64,000 nt of DNA. It comes from Octopus sinensis. Its lineage: Eukaryota. The notes beneath the pieces are model-generated. The model made no database searches. It was not told where the DNA came from and saw only the letters and a program-made list of their open reading frames with translations. Made by a program: the position numbers and the translations under genes. The DNA lies in the NCBI RefSeq assembly GCF_006345805.1, contig NC_042998.1:62930001-62994000 (forward strand), read 5' to 3'. Shown here piece by piece: positions 1 through 13,058 of this stretch (position 1 is the first letter of the stretch; every line of letters begins with the position of its first letter).

Positions 1-63
1 TGCACAGTTGGTGACGTCCTGTAACTATATATTGTTATTATTATCATCATCATCATCATCATC

Positions 64-97
<34 letters not shown>

Positions 98-982
98 TAT
101 TATTATTATTATATATATATATTATATATATTATATATATATATATTCATATATATCATTTCATATCATATACATTAACGTCAAGGCTAGAATTGCTTTG
201 ATTATAAATCAAATCATTCAACACTCTAACCAAAAACTAATCAACAAATAAATTAATGCGATAAATTTCCTGTGAACAGAAAGAAAATATATTTTTGAAT
301 GTGCACCGCAAGACTCTACTAGCTTCAATTTTCATTAATATATAAACATATTAGTATATATGCAATTTCACTTCAACATTACTATCGTTTTCTTGTCACA
401 CTTGTGTCTTCTTGTTAATTTTTAATTGTTTCATTGTCTGCCATGTAATGGCTTAGATTCTGCATTCGCACTATTTCTTTTGTTGCAGTATACTTTAAGC
501 GTAGTTGCGGATGTCATTTTATTGCTCATCACATATTATTCGTTATATGATAGAAATTCAATCCAAGGAAAATCCTTGTTATATATTTAACTGCCTCTGT
601 TAATCTGTCCCTTGCCTGTCTTCCTGCGATCCTGTGATCCGGTCCGTATAACTTGTGTGAGAGTGCGAGGTCATATGTGTGTATGTGAGAGTAAGTGTAT
701 ACGACATATATATATCATCTGGGTAATTACTACTTCCGAGTGTCTGCTAGCTACGAAACTTGCGTAGAGTGGACTTTCTCTACTACATTCCCTAATTTGG
801 ATTTTTATTCGCATACACAGCCACCACAACTGCTACCCGTGAACTATAAAATAAATTTTACAAGCTTATCGAACTTTGATATGAGAAAAAATTACAAGTT
901 TCTCACACGCAGTCAAGACTGTGCTTTAGATATATATATATATATATATATAATATATATAATATATATATATATATATATA

Positions 983-1085
983 CAACGACTTCTTTCAGTT
1001 TACGTGCTATGCAGCGGACTGAACGAACCCGGAAACGATTGTGGTTTGGAAGCAAGCTTCTTACTAACACAGCCACTCCTGCGCC

Positions 1086-1088
<3 letters not shown>
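983..1088 (-). mobile_element. SINE family A, 5' (tRNA-head) fragment
   Basis: Reverse complement reads ataggcgcaggagtggctgtgttagtaagaagcttgcttccaaacc..., matching the head of the complete copies at 1661-2028 and 41818-42238. Confidence 0.75.
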
Positions 1089-1116
<28 letters not shown>

Positions 1117-1660
1117 TTATATAGATATATATAATATATATAATATTATATATATTATATATATATATATATATATTATATAGATATATACTCAATATAA
1201 AATAGTGTACAGTTAAACACAATAGAAATTACCTTTAACAGGTCCTTTACACGGAGAAAGCGGTTAAAACGACCGAAATCACATCTAAGAGCAATTTCGA
1301 GGGGAATGAAAAATAAAAACTTTTACCTTGTTATTTTTTTACGGTTATATCTAGGTTTAAAATTTTTTTAACAAATAAAATAATTTGCCAGGCGAAATTC
1401 TCATCCGTAACCGCTCCATAACATTAACATATAATTTAGAGACAAATAACACAGGTCTCATCGTTATATGTTATAAGTTTTCAAGTTCACCGCGCAGGCG
1501 CAGTTCCAGTCGGCAGTAGATGAGAAATGCCGAACCGATATTCGAAAAGCTAAAATCGTATACGTAAAATATATAGAGTAGCGATTATTTATAGAAATTT
1601 TACTACTAGTGGCCTAGCATGTATAAAAAGTCTATAGACAACATATTCTCAATATAATAT

Positions 1661-2028
1661 TTACTCTTTACTCTTTTACTCTTTACTTGTTTCAGTCATT
1701 TGACTGCGGCCATGCTGGAGCAACCACCTTTTAGTACTTATCTATCGGTCTCTTTTTGCCGAACCGCTAAGTGACGGGGACGTAAACACAACAGCATCGG
1801 TTGTCAAGCAATGCTAGGGGGACAAACACAGACACACAAACACACACACAATATACATATATAACATATATACGACAGGTCTTCGTTTCCGTCTACCAAA
1901 TCCACTCACAAGGCATTGGTCGCCCGGGGCTATAGCAGAAGACACTTGCCAAGATGCCACGCAGTGGGACTGAACCCGCACCGTGTGGTTGGTAGCAAGC
2001 TACGTACCACACAGCCACTCCACGCCTA
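1661..2028 (-). mobile_element. SINE family A, near full length (tRNA head, CORE-like segment, central microsatellite, GAGTAAA-type tail)
   Basis: A-box-like tggctgtgtggta head, ttggcaagtgtcttct segment, tail ...gcatggccgcagtcaaatgactgaaacaagtaaagagtaaaagag; many homologous copies in the window. Confidence 0.85.
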
Positions 2029-2054
2029 TATCCATTATATATATATATATATAT

Positions 2055-2104
<50 letters not shown>

Positions 2105-2172
2105 TATATATATATATATTATATTATATATATATATATCTATATATATATATATATCTTATATATATATAG

Positions 2173-2222
<50 letters not shown>

Positions 2223-2223
2223 A

Positions 2224-3350
2224 CTAGCTGAAGGTGACCCGCTCTACGCGCGGGTAAGAGTGTGCGTGTTACTTTCTGTGCTTCCTTTCAGCACGTAAAA
2301 AGCACCATCCGAACGTGGCCGATTGCAGCACCGCCTTGACTTGCCTTTGTGCTGGTGGCACGTAAAAAGCACCAGCCGATCGTTGCCACTGCGAGCCCCC
2401 CTGGCACCAGTGCCGTCGGCACGAAAAAAGCACTCACTACACTCACAGTGTGGTTGGCGTAGGAAGGTCATCCACCTGTAGAAACACTGCCAGATCAGAC
2501 TGGAGCCTGGTGCAGCCTCCTGGCTTCCGAGACCCGGTCACACTGCCCAACCGTATTTGTTTCTCTCTCCTTTCTCTCTCACTTTCACTCTCTTACTTTT
2601 CTTTTCTCCTCTGACTCTCCCTCGCTTTCTCTTACTCTCTATCTTTATCTATCTCTCTCCATTTATAACAACAGAAGATCTTGAGTAAGTTGAGAAATAA
2701 AGTATTTAGAAAGATCAATCAGAAATATGAGGCAGTGGCAATGGAAAGGTCTGCTTCAAGGCAGACAGCAAAACGCTAACATTCAAAAGGGACAGACGAA
2801 CTTGCGAGCTGAATAAAAAATAAAAATATTGGAAACCAAAGTTGAAGGGATAGAATCTGAGGATAGTAGAGTCACCATGGCTGGCATTTGTTAACGACGG
2901 ACAGCAACGTAGTGACAGTTTAACGGCTGGCGTAAAATTTTGAACTTGATGTAAAAGAAAATTCGTAAACACCAATTTTTGAAGTGATTCTTTCTGACGA
3001 CAGTAGACTCACCATGGCAAGCATTCAAAACTTCTTTATCATGGACGGCAACACATTGACGATTAAAAGGCTGGCGCAAATTTTTTAGCTTGATGCAACA
3101 GAGAATTCCTAAACACCCGCTCTTTGAAATTTTAATCCCCTTCCAGCCCCATTTAGACCCCTTTTCACATTTTGGTTAATATAACCCGATTTCATTCGGG
3201 TGTACTGGGGCCACATTTTATAAGATGAGGAATTTGTCCTAGAGGTGACGCCTTTCATTTGAGGAACAAAATAGTTGTGATGCAAACTTGTCAGCACCTT
3301 TAACATAGGTGTGCATATTTTCAGGTGAATCGACCGACTACGTAATGCAC
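2224..3350 (-). mobile_element. Non-autonomous Helitron-like element (3' end clear, 5' end uncertain)
   Basis: Minus strand ends with hairpin ACCCGC-gcgtaga-GCGGGT (2237-2255) then CTAG (2224-2227) followed by T; internal ~135-bp tandem duplication at 2862-3135. Confidence 0.55.
2270..2552 (+). repeat. Interspersed repeat fragment with repeated gcacg(t/a)aaaaagcac motifs and a tggttggcgtaggaaggtcatcc motif
   Basis: Three internal copies of the gcacg(t/a)aaaaagcac motif; GC-richer block nested within the Helitron-like element. Confidence 0.5.
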
Positions 3351-3529
3351 ACATATATATGTGTATATATTATATGTGTGTGTGTGTGCACGCATTATAT
3401 ATACAAATGTATACAAATGAGATATATATCTGTATAAATTAAATTAGAGATAAAACCACTAATAGGCAAATCAAACAGTGAAAAACAAAAACAAAACATA
3501 AAAAAAGAAAATATAACATAGAAAATATA

Positions 3530-4547
3530 TCTATATATAAAACACTGTAGTTGTGTGAGTGTCTGTCCCCTCGATTTAGATTCCTAACTACTCCCAAATT
3601 TTGCGGTGCAGTTTAACCAAATCGGGTATCTTATAGTCGTGATTCATATCGAGCCCGTCTGGGTATTAGCGCGCGTCTACGATGAGTCTACGATTTTAAA
3701 AATAATTTAACATCATTTTTTTATTCCATTTTAATGCATATTTTTTCGTGTGTCGATGGCGGCGGAGTTGGCGTCCACGCTCACGCCTGCACCTGTGTTG
3801 CTTCTCCCCCTTCTTCCCTCCCTCGTGAAGCTGTGGGGAAGGGAGTGTAAGGAAATCAACGTCGTAATGCGTTGTGAAGGAGACCAGCGTTCTTTTAGAA
3901 CAACGACTTCATGGCTTGAAGTCGCCAAAACAGAAATCGCTAAAAAAGCTGAAACAGATCCACAAAAACGGCAAAAAACCGCCACACAGGGCAGGTTTCC
4001 TGTGCAAACAATTTGCACAACCGAATGTTTTAGTTGTTGCACAAATCTTTATATATAAAAGTAAGGTTGTGTGTCTGTCTCCTACGATTTAGATTCCTAA
4101 CTACTCCCACATTTTGCGGTGCAGTGTAACCAAAACCGGGTATCTTAGTCGTGATTCATATCGAGCCCTTCTGGGTATTAGCGCGCGTCTACGATGAGTC
4201 TACGATTTAAAAAAAAAATTTACCATCATTTTTTATTCCATTTTAATGCATTTTTCGCTATTATATAAGGGAAGTAACTCTCTAAAAATGTCTACGATGA
4301 GTCAACGATTAAAAAAAAAATTACCATCATTTTTTTATTCCATTTTAATGCATTTTTCGCTATTATATAAGGGAAGTAACTCTGTAAAAATGTCTACGAT
4401 GAGTCAACGATTTAAAAAAGAAATTACTATAATTTTTTATTCCATCTTTAATGCATTTTTTGCTATTTTTTTTTGCTATAACTCACTAAAAATGCTTATA
4501 TAGTTATTTCCCTTACAAACCCGAGCAACGCCGGGCGATACTGCTAG
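3530..4547 (+). mobile_element. Tandem non-autonomous Helitron: two 5' heads (3530, 4046) and one 3' terminus
   Basis: A|TC...tatataaaa...gtctgtc heads, a ~190-bp shared segment, internal ~80-bp repeats, and 3' hairpin cccgagcaacgccggg followed by CTAG|T at 4544-4548. Confidence 0.75.
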
Positions 4548-4689
4548 TAAAATATAAAATTGAACACTTTAAATTATTTAAATTGAATATAAAAATTATG
4601 AAATTATATTTATAATTTGTTTAAAAATATATATAACTATGAAAAAGTATGAAAAAGTTTAATATACATAAATACAGATATATACACTT

Positions 4690-4985
4690 TGTATATATAC
4701 ATTATACATACATATTTATATATAGAACACACACACACATACATTATATATACATATTTATATATAGAACACACACACACACATACATTATATATACATA
4801 TATATATAGAACACACACACACACATAAATATTTATATATAGAACACACACACATACATTATATATACATATTTATATATAGAACACACACACACACATA
4901 CATTATATATACATATTTATATATAGAACACACACACACGTGCATTATATATACATATATATATAGAACACACACACACACACAT
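4690..4985. repeat. ~45-bp higher-order tandem repeat built from (AT)n and (CA)n
   Basis: Unit acattatatatacatatttatatatagaacacacacacac repeated about 7 times. Confidence 0.85.
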
Positions 4986-5559
4986 ATAAATGAACGCAAG
5001 AATATCTGATTCATAATATTTGTTCTCATGCTCGTGTGTTGATTGTTGGTGACAGACATATACTTCAAAGAACGCCGCCGAAGTGATAGGAAGGTAGGAA
5101 ACAGAGTCAGTGAAAAGAAAGGAAATGCGATAGTGACAGATACTTTAAATAACCGTAGTGGCATTCTGAAAGTTATAAATGAAGAGGAGTGACAGAGTAC
5201 TGGAGGAATAGGGTGAGGTAGGAAGATGGCCCCTAGAAACCACAGCTTTTAAGATAGGGATTTCTAAGGTAGCCCACGCGCATCGTCACCTCATTCTACA
5301 TGTCCCTGTAAATTTTGGAGCGAATCGGACGGGATGTAGTGGCATTGAAAGCGAACCAAGCGGTAAAAAGGCATTTCAGTTTTATATATAGAGATATATA
5401 TATACATATATATATACATATATAATATAATATATATATATATAGATATATACATATATATATACATATATATAACATATATACATATACATATTATACA
5501 TATACATATATAATATATTATATATAATATTATATATATATATAATATATATATACGTT

Positions 5560-5593
<34 letters not shown>

Positions 5594-5849
5594 TATACAT
5601 ATATATATATGTGTGTGCGTGTTTTTATTTGTATATATATTTTTACATATGCTTATATGTAAATCAGTATCTATCTATGTATCTGGCTGCCTGCCCCTGT
5701 CTGCTTGTCTGTCTATTTATAGATAACATTTTCTTAATTTAACTGTTCCAATGACGTTTATAACATGAAACAATAAACTAAACTACAAGAAAATAATGAA
5801 ATCAAAGATAAACCTCACTGCTTCGACATCGTTGTGGTGACGTCGATCA

Positions 5850-6700
5850 CCTTCATCACCAACCAGTTGTTGTTGCTGCTGTTGGTGACTACCACCACCA
5901 ACACTACCACAACTAACAACAACAATAGCAACAACGCCGCCGACAACGATGACAATTACACTGGAAAATACAGAATAACTACAAAAATGTGCAAAATATT
6001 TCAGTAAATTTCTGCAATACATTTACCATCGTCCCCACCATTACCAACGACGACGACCACCACCAGCAGCAGCACCACCACCACAAACACGACACCCCCC
6101 ACAACCACCACCACCACAACCATCACAACCGCCACCACCACCACCACCACCACCATTACAGTGACCACCTCCGCCATCACCACCATAACTAGCACCAGCA
6201 GTAGCACTAACACCACAACCATCACCACGACGACCACCGCCACTTGTACTACCACATCCCACCAACACCAACACAACCACTGCCATCATTAGCACCGGCT
6301 GCACCATCACCCTCCCATTACAGTGATCACCACCGCCACCACCACCATAACTAACACCAGCAGCAGAACCACCACCACCAACACAACCATCACAACCTCC
6401 ACGACGACGACCACCACCACCAACAGCAACAACAAGACCACCAACATCACCACCACCACCACCGCAATCACTAGCACTAGCAGCACCACCATCATTATAA
6501 TGACCAACAACGCCACCACCATAACTAGCACCAGTGGCAGATCTACCACCACAACCACCACAACCGCCACAACCACCAACATCCCTACCAACATCACCAT
6601 CACTGTCACCACCGTGACCACTACCACCATACCACATCACTAGCACCATTACCGCCGGCACCACCGCCACCACCACCTCCACTCCCGCCAACATTACCAG
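5850..6700. repeat. Degenerate ACC/AAC/CAC trinucleotide-rich low-complexity tract
   Basis: Interleaved triplet runs with recurring caccaccataacta(g/a)caccag motif; gives spurious Thr-, His-, Val- and Gly-rich ORFs on both strands. Confidence 0.85.
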
Positions 6701-7210
6701 TCAGTCAATAGTATGGTAACGATGGTGCAGCAGCACCATCATTGCCAGAACATGAACCCGAGTTCGCACTCCCCTCTTCCCCTCTCCCCCGTTCTCTCCT
6801 TTTCTCCAATCAAAAAGAACGTATCAAGAAAAATAATTAAATAAATAAATACTAAACAATACAAAAATAACAATATAATGAATAAAAAAGACAGTTTGAA
6901 GTAAATTTAATCGTTGGAAAATAGGTCAAAGTTTCATTGTAACCGAACTAAATGAATGTTTTTAATATATCCTCAGAAGGCCGATGTAAAATATTACTAT
7001 TAATTTTTCTTCTATCTTTCTTTGTTGTGTTTTTCTTGTTATCTTTACTTTTTTTTGCTCTCTTTTTCTCCCCACCTTTTGTTTTTTTCTGGTTTTTGTT
7101 TTTGTCTCTTTGGTTTTGGTGCTTTGCTGTTTTGCCTTCCAGAGATAGATGTCTGCAAGATAAAGTGAGTTTCATTAAAAGAGAAATGAATTATACATAC
7201 ACACACATAC

Positions 7211-7305
<95 letters not shown>

Positions 7306-7478
7306 CATATATATAGAGAGAGTGACAGACACGCAAAAACATATATATTATGCATATATATACATATACACACAACACATATATATATGCATATATACAT
7401 ATATATAAATATATACACATGCATACGTATCTCTGTGTGTATATATATGGCATGTGTGCCTATAAATGTCTTTAAGTA

Positions 7479-7531
<53 letters not shown>

Positions 7532-8222
7532 AGTGTGTGTGTATTTATAAATAGACATACATATATACATACATATGTATATATTTATATGAAAGTACAT
7601 GCGCACAATCATAAACACACACGCACACATATATATAAATATACGAATGAACACACACACACACCATATATATGCCGACACACTTTTATATGCGACAAGC
7701 GAACAACTGGCAGACGTCCAGATAGAATAGTAACCGCATACAAATAAATATACACGAACACACTTCACACATAAGCAAAAAAAGGATAACCGAAAATACA
7801 AACAAAGAAAAAGGATAAAGAAAATGAAGCAGAATATAAAAGAATAAGAAAATGCATAAGAATATAAAGGAAAACCAGAAGGAAAGGAGAGATATTTGTA
7901 ACGAGATGAAGGAGAAAAAGTAATTTTTATCTAGGTTGATTTTTCTCAGTAAAACCATGAGCTGTGTGAGTGATTGTATTAAGATACGACGTATAGGCTA
8001 TATGCAAAGTAAATTTCGCGCACTTTTCCTTGCTCTTGCTTTTTAATCCTATTTGAAGCTAATTAATAAGCTGTTAACAATTGTTTGATACCTATCATTG
8101 GTTTTGAGTCCTGCTTCAATATTATTCCATTTGCATGCAAAAGTGTTGAGGACATATATTCTTTACATGAATAAGCACACACACACTTGCATATATATAA
8201 ATGTATATATATATACCTGTAA

Positions 8223-8438
8223 ATGTGACACTTATTCGGTAGCCATGATAAAACTCCGAGTTTTGGATGTCGGGGCGGAAACCCACGCCGGCATGTCTTC
8301 AGTTATCGGGCCATCGAAAACAATCCTATCCTGGATAGCATTTTCGATGGCCCGATAACTGAGTAGATGCCGGCGTGGGTTTCCGCCCCGACATCCGAAA
8401 CTTGGAGTTTTATCATGGCTACCGAATAAGTGTCACAT
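8223..8438. mobile_element. Fold-back MITE-like element (216-bp near-perfect inverted repeat)
   Basis: Left arm atgtgacacttattcggtagccatgataaaac... is the reverse complement of the right arm ...gttttatcatggctaccgaataagtgtcacat; ~95-bp arms with a short loop. Confidence 0.75.
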
Positions 8439-8766
8439 ATTATATTTACAGATAAATTCCTCTATTTACATAATATCGCGGTCACTTTCATTCTTTTGTT
8501 GTCTTGCCATTTCTATCAATTTATATATATATATATGAAATCTGAAAATAGCTAAAAAAAAAAACGAACAGTAAACACAACAATAAACAACAACGCGATG
8601 GCGTGGTACATGCAAATTATTAGCGGACGCTCAGGGAAGGAAAGAAAGGTGGTTTTAAGTTTCGAGCAAAGATTTTCTTCAGAAACAGGAGACAGAGGAA
8701 AGTCCAGTAGAAAAGGAAGACGGAGGGAAAAAAATTTCCAACGATTCACATGTGGTTACATAAACA

Positions 8767-9000
8767 CAGTAATCCCTCGCTATATCGTGGTTACTCTATC
8801 GCGCACTCAGCACATCGCGGTTCACCTATCGTGTCCTCAGTACATCATGTTTTTTTTTTCTGGCTAATATATGTAAATTTATATCGCAGCTTTCTGCGGC
8901 CGATATGTGTTTATATTTTCTTATCAATTTAAATTATTTCTGTGGTAAAATAAGCATTTTCACACCTAAAAATTAATAAATAAAAATACAGTTCACTACT
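8767..9000 (+). mobile_element. Tigger/pogo-like MITE fragment
   Basis: Starts cagtaatccctcgctatatcg and shares cacatcgcggttcacctatcg with the element at 57700-57922. Confidence 0.5.
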
Positions 9001-9015
9001 GCACTATAGAACTCA

Positions 9016-9259
9016 TTTTCTTTTTTCCTTTTTCTATTTTCAGTCATTTGACTACGGCCTTACTGGAGCACCGCCTTTAGTCGAACAAGTCAACCCCATG
9101 ACTTATTCTTTGTAAGTCTAGTACTTATTCTATCAGTCTTTTTTGCCGAACTGCTACGTTTCGGGAAAGCAAACACACCAACATCGGTTGTCAAGTGAAG
9201 GTGGAGGAACAAACACAGACACACAAACATATACATGCATATACATACATACACACACA

Positions 9260-9299
<40 letters not shown>

Positions 9300-9586
9300 T
9301 CAGGGAGAGTTTACGAAAAAAACAAAAGACGAAGACAGGTGGTGTACAAAACAGATATATGTATTAGTATAAGTCTTTTACGTTTCGAGCCTACGCTCTT
9401 CTACAGAAAGGGAAACAGAAAATAAAACAAGGAGAGAAACGACGGTCTACCAAATCCACTGACAAGGCTTTGGCCGGCCCGAGGCTATTGTAGAAGATAC
9501 TTGCCCAAGGTGCCACGCAGTGAGACTGAACCCGGAACGATGTGGTTGATAAGTAAGCTACTTACCACAAAGCCACTTTGCGTCTA
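9016..9586 (-). mobile_element. SINE family A with a nested insertion in its central microsatellite
   Basis: Tail at 9016-9200 and head at 9440-9586 are separated by (CA)n/(TA)n and a different repeat (9300-9440). Confidence 0.8.
9300..9440 (-). mobile_element. Penelope-like non-coding repeat carrying a variant hammerhead-like motif (9374-9410)
   Basis: Homologous to 36185-36345 and partly to 57997-58045 and 62445-62490; minus strand CTTT CTGTAGA A GAGC gtag GCTC GAAAC GTA AAAG. Confidence 0.55.
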
Positions 9587-9691
9587 CGTAGTGTACCATA
9601 GAAGAGTAAACAAAGAATCGCACATACTGTATGGAAAGCGAAGCTCGGAACGCCAGTGTGTTTTCATTTATGATAAAGCAAATATATTTAA

Positions 9692-9745
<54 letters not shown>

Positions 9746-9757
9746 GTTGTTGTTGTT

Positions 9758-9838
<81 letters not shown>
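9692..9838. repeat. (ATT)n/(GTT)n microsatellite
   Basis: Direct reading. Confidence 0.95.
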
Positions 9839-9841
<3 letters not shown>

Positions 9842-9842
9842 C

Positions 9843-9875
9843 ATTCAGGTCACAGGCTGGAATCGAACTCGGAAT
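9843..9875 (-). mobile_element. 3' part of the family D tRNA-like head (B box)
   Basis: Reverse complement attccgagttcgattccagcctgtgacctgaat matches 20758-20790. Confidence 0.6.
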
Positions 9876-10050
9876 ACAAACAGGAGCTGCAATAAGGGTG
9901 GAGTACTTGCAGAAAACAGCACTGCTTGGAACCGCTCGGATAATCCGGAAGGTGCTCGAAAACTAAGAGGAGTTACCTGGGTTCACTGGTAGGGAACAGC
10001 TAACACTGTAGTACATCTCCAACGTTCGAAGCTGTGCAAAGGCACTGATG
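9876..10050 (+). mobile_element. R4/Dong-clade LINE, 5'-truncated 3' end with (AAT)n tail
   Basis: Frame 9880-9966 reads TGAAIRVEYLQKTALLGTARIIRKVLEN*, the LQK..LLGTARI.RKVL C-terminus typical of R4/Dong; followed by a short 3' UTR and TAA repeats, the known Dong target. Confidence 0.75.
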
Positions 10051-10068
10051 ATAATAATAATAATTATA

Positions 10069-10125
<57 letters not shown>

Positions 10126-10156
10126 GATGATGATGATGATGATAATAATAATAATG

Positions 10157-10207
<51 letters not shown>

Positions 10208-10208
<1 letters not shown>

Positions 10209-10748
10209 TACATGCAGTGGCACTCATGATATCTGAACTTAACTGATTGGAAGGGTTATCACGTACATTGATTTGTCTTGGTATAAAAAGTGGGCTACAG
10301 CAAATATTCTGCTCAATACCACAGATTTCCTTGTCAGTTGTTTGACCTTAACCAGTTGAGCATGTCCTTTAGTTGCGGACAATATGTGCATCCCTGATCA
10401 TAAGCAGAAGTAGTGGAGGAGCATCATATCCATGTGTTGAGAGGGATTCTTTGGGGTTTGAATAATTCACCTCTGGAAACATGGGTGTTTTGTTCAACAT
10501 CCTTAAACAACCCTTATTCAGGGACCTTTTGAGCGGGTGGATTACTCGACGTGAAGAAAATTCAAACTGGGCCGTACCTGCAAGGTCATGTGATGTTTCT
10601 GTTGATATGAGATCACCATGTTGCGCACATATGGTTGTAATGCATATGCCTAGTGTACCCTTATCAGACGGGTAGCCATGATGGGTATACTGGGCTTCAT
10701 ATATTTTACTCCAGTGTCACTTTGATGGCATGCACTGTCATGTCACTC

Positions 10749-10750
<2 letters not shown>
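10208..10750 (+). mobile_element. ~560-bp (AAT)n-flanked non-coding repeat (family E), copy 1
   Basis: Homologous to 20055-20611 (-) and 20911-21120 (+); ends in ...cactcaataataat. Confidence 0.8.
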
Positions 10751-10795
<45 letters not shown>

Positions 10796-10802
10796 CAACA
10801 AC

Positions 10803-10955
10803 AACATCGAGTAATACCTTAGAAATGATAACTCAGGTTAGAAATTTACCCAAGACACCTGATGAAGACTGCAGGGTACATCAGCCGAAACGTTGTGTAA
10901 ACGACAAACAAGAGGAGGACAAATATCCGTCAAATGTAAGCAAGTTAAATAATGT
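10803..10955 (+). mobile_element. SINE family D body and tail with minimal hammerhead motif (10854-10898)
   Basis: GACAC CTGATGA A GACTG cagggtacat CAGCC GAAAC GTT GTGT; homologous to 21140-21288. Confidence 0.7.
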
Positions 10956-11018
10956 ATAAAAATACAAAGACTGGAGTCACTGATATCGATTAAAGGTCTC
11001 TCCTTTAAATTGTTGTTA

Positions 11019-11216
11019 AGGTGGCGATGTGGGAGAATCGTTAGCACGCTGGACGCCTGTCGCTCCGTTCTGAGTTCAAAATCCGCCGAGGTCGACTTTG
11101 CCTTTCATCTTTTCGGGATCGATGACTTAAGTACCAGTTGCATACTGACGTCGATCTAATCGACTGGCCCTTCTCCCAAAATTTCAAGCATTCTGCCTGT
11201 AGTAGAAAGGATTATT
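11019..11216 (+). mobile_element. SINE family B (Nin/Deu-like central domain)
   Basis: gttctgagttcaaaatccgcc B box plus gaggtcgactttgcctttcatcttttcgggatcgat...aagtaccagt; further copies at 25931, 40277 and 54627. Confidence 0.75.
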
Positions 11217-11581
11217 ATAACCGTTGTTTTTGTTGTTTTATCGCGTTACCGTTTCTGGCCGACCCCAACGTGTCTATCTTATTTGCCATCACTGACGCTA
11301 GAGAAGTAAATTCAAATTACTAAATATATATTTCCTCGAATAAACCAATTACTAAGATTTTGACTTTTATTACAACTTAGCGAGAACGTCTCTCATTGAA
11401 TTTGAGGCGTGTTACCCAGATTTCCTAAAACATTTATCGTTGTAACGGCGTCTCGTTAACGTTTCACGCTTCGGTGAATGTTTGTCACTTCATCTCTTTG
11501 CCTTCTCATTTACCAATATTTATTGGATGATTTCGGATAGCAAGGAGTAAATCTATCTATCAATCAACCAGTCTGTCTGCC

Positions 11582-11616
<35 letters not shown>

Positions 11617-12446
11617 CGAACTCACACATACGCATGTATATATATATATGTATATGCATGTATATATATATATGTATATGCATGTATATGTATAAATATA
11701 TTTATGTATACAATATTATATAAACATATATATGTGTATTTATAAATGTCTCGTCGTGTGCGTAAATGAGATTATGCAAACACATATGCACATAAATATA
11801 CATACATACATACATACACATACATACATACATACATACATACATACATACATACATACATACATACACATACATACGTACATACATACATACATACGTA
11901 CACACTCACACTGACATACATAGATATATTTTTGCGTTTGTGTATCAGACATACACACATTCATAAATATATATGCGTGTCAGTACATATGTATATATAG
12001 ATACACACACACACATATATATTACATTACGTATGTGTGTATGTTACATACTAACATGTATAAATAAGTACATACAGACACACGCACATACACATATATG
12101 TATGTATATATGTAAAAATATGTATAGGTGTCTGCATAATTACAAATAGATATACCGAGGGACATTCATATACACATATATCAGTCTATCACCGACTCAT
12201 TCGATATTCTTATCTGAACTTGTCTCTCTTCCTTATCTTTCTCCTCTCCTTTCTCTCCCTCTTCTTTTCTTCCCTCTCTCTATCTCTCAATATAGGAATG
12301 ATATATGATATACCTATATGCACATGCAGCTTCCCATTATATACATATGAAAAAATATATTTTAATATATATGTATATATATATATGTGTGTGTGCGCGT
12401 ACATCTATATATGTGTATGTGTTTGTATTATTTATGTATATGTACA

Positions 12447-12511
<65 letters not shown>

Positions 12512-12648
12512 CTAAGCATAAAGGGTTTAGCAACGAATTGCCTTACCACATACCGAATTTAGAAATAGCAGTCAAAGAGTTATAGCTATTTCTTCTACTA
12601 AAAAGGGAGATCTAAAAAGGGATTTCACCCTTCATTATTACGGATAAC

Positions 12649-12681
<33 letters not shown>

Positions 12682-13058
12682 ATGTGTGTGTTGTATATAT
12701 GCAATATATATATATATATATATACACACACGTATAAATAAATTCTATTTTGGAATAGTAGATTCCGACGCGGATAAAGCTATAAATATTACCGTGTAAA
12801 TTATTGGGTAAATAAAAATCTTTTGGCTAAAAAAAAAAGGCACTGCTCAACACAAACACTCACCCACACAACATGCCAACCGTCCCACACACAAAAACAC
12901 AGACATATACATATAAACACATACACAAACACACACGTACTCACACACAGAAACACGCACTCATACGCACACACATTCTGATGTATATTTCTATCAGTTT
13001 TATGAAATAAAAGAGGAATGTCAACGAACTTCTACAGGTCCACCGGGATTGTTTAGAG

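Noticed and set aside
6041-6694. Gly-rich (-) and Thr-rich (+) ORFs as a structural protein or mucin
   Set aside because: They are open on both strands because the triplet repeats lack stops; no splice or domain support.
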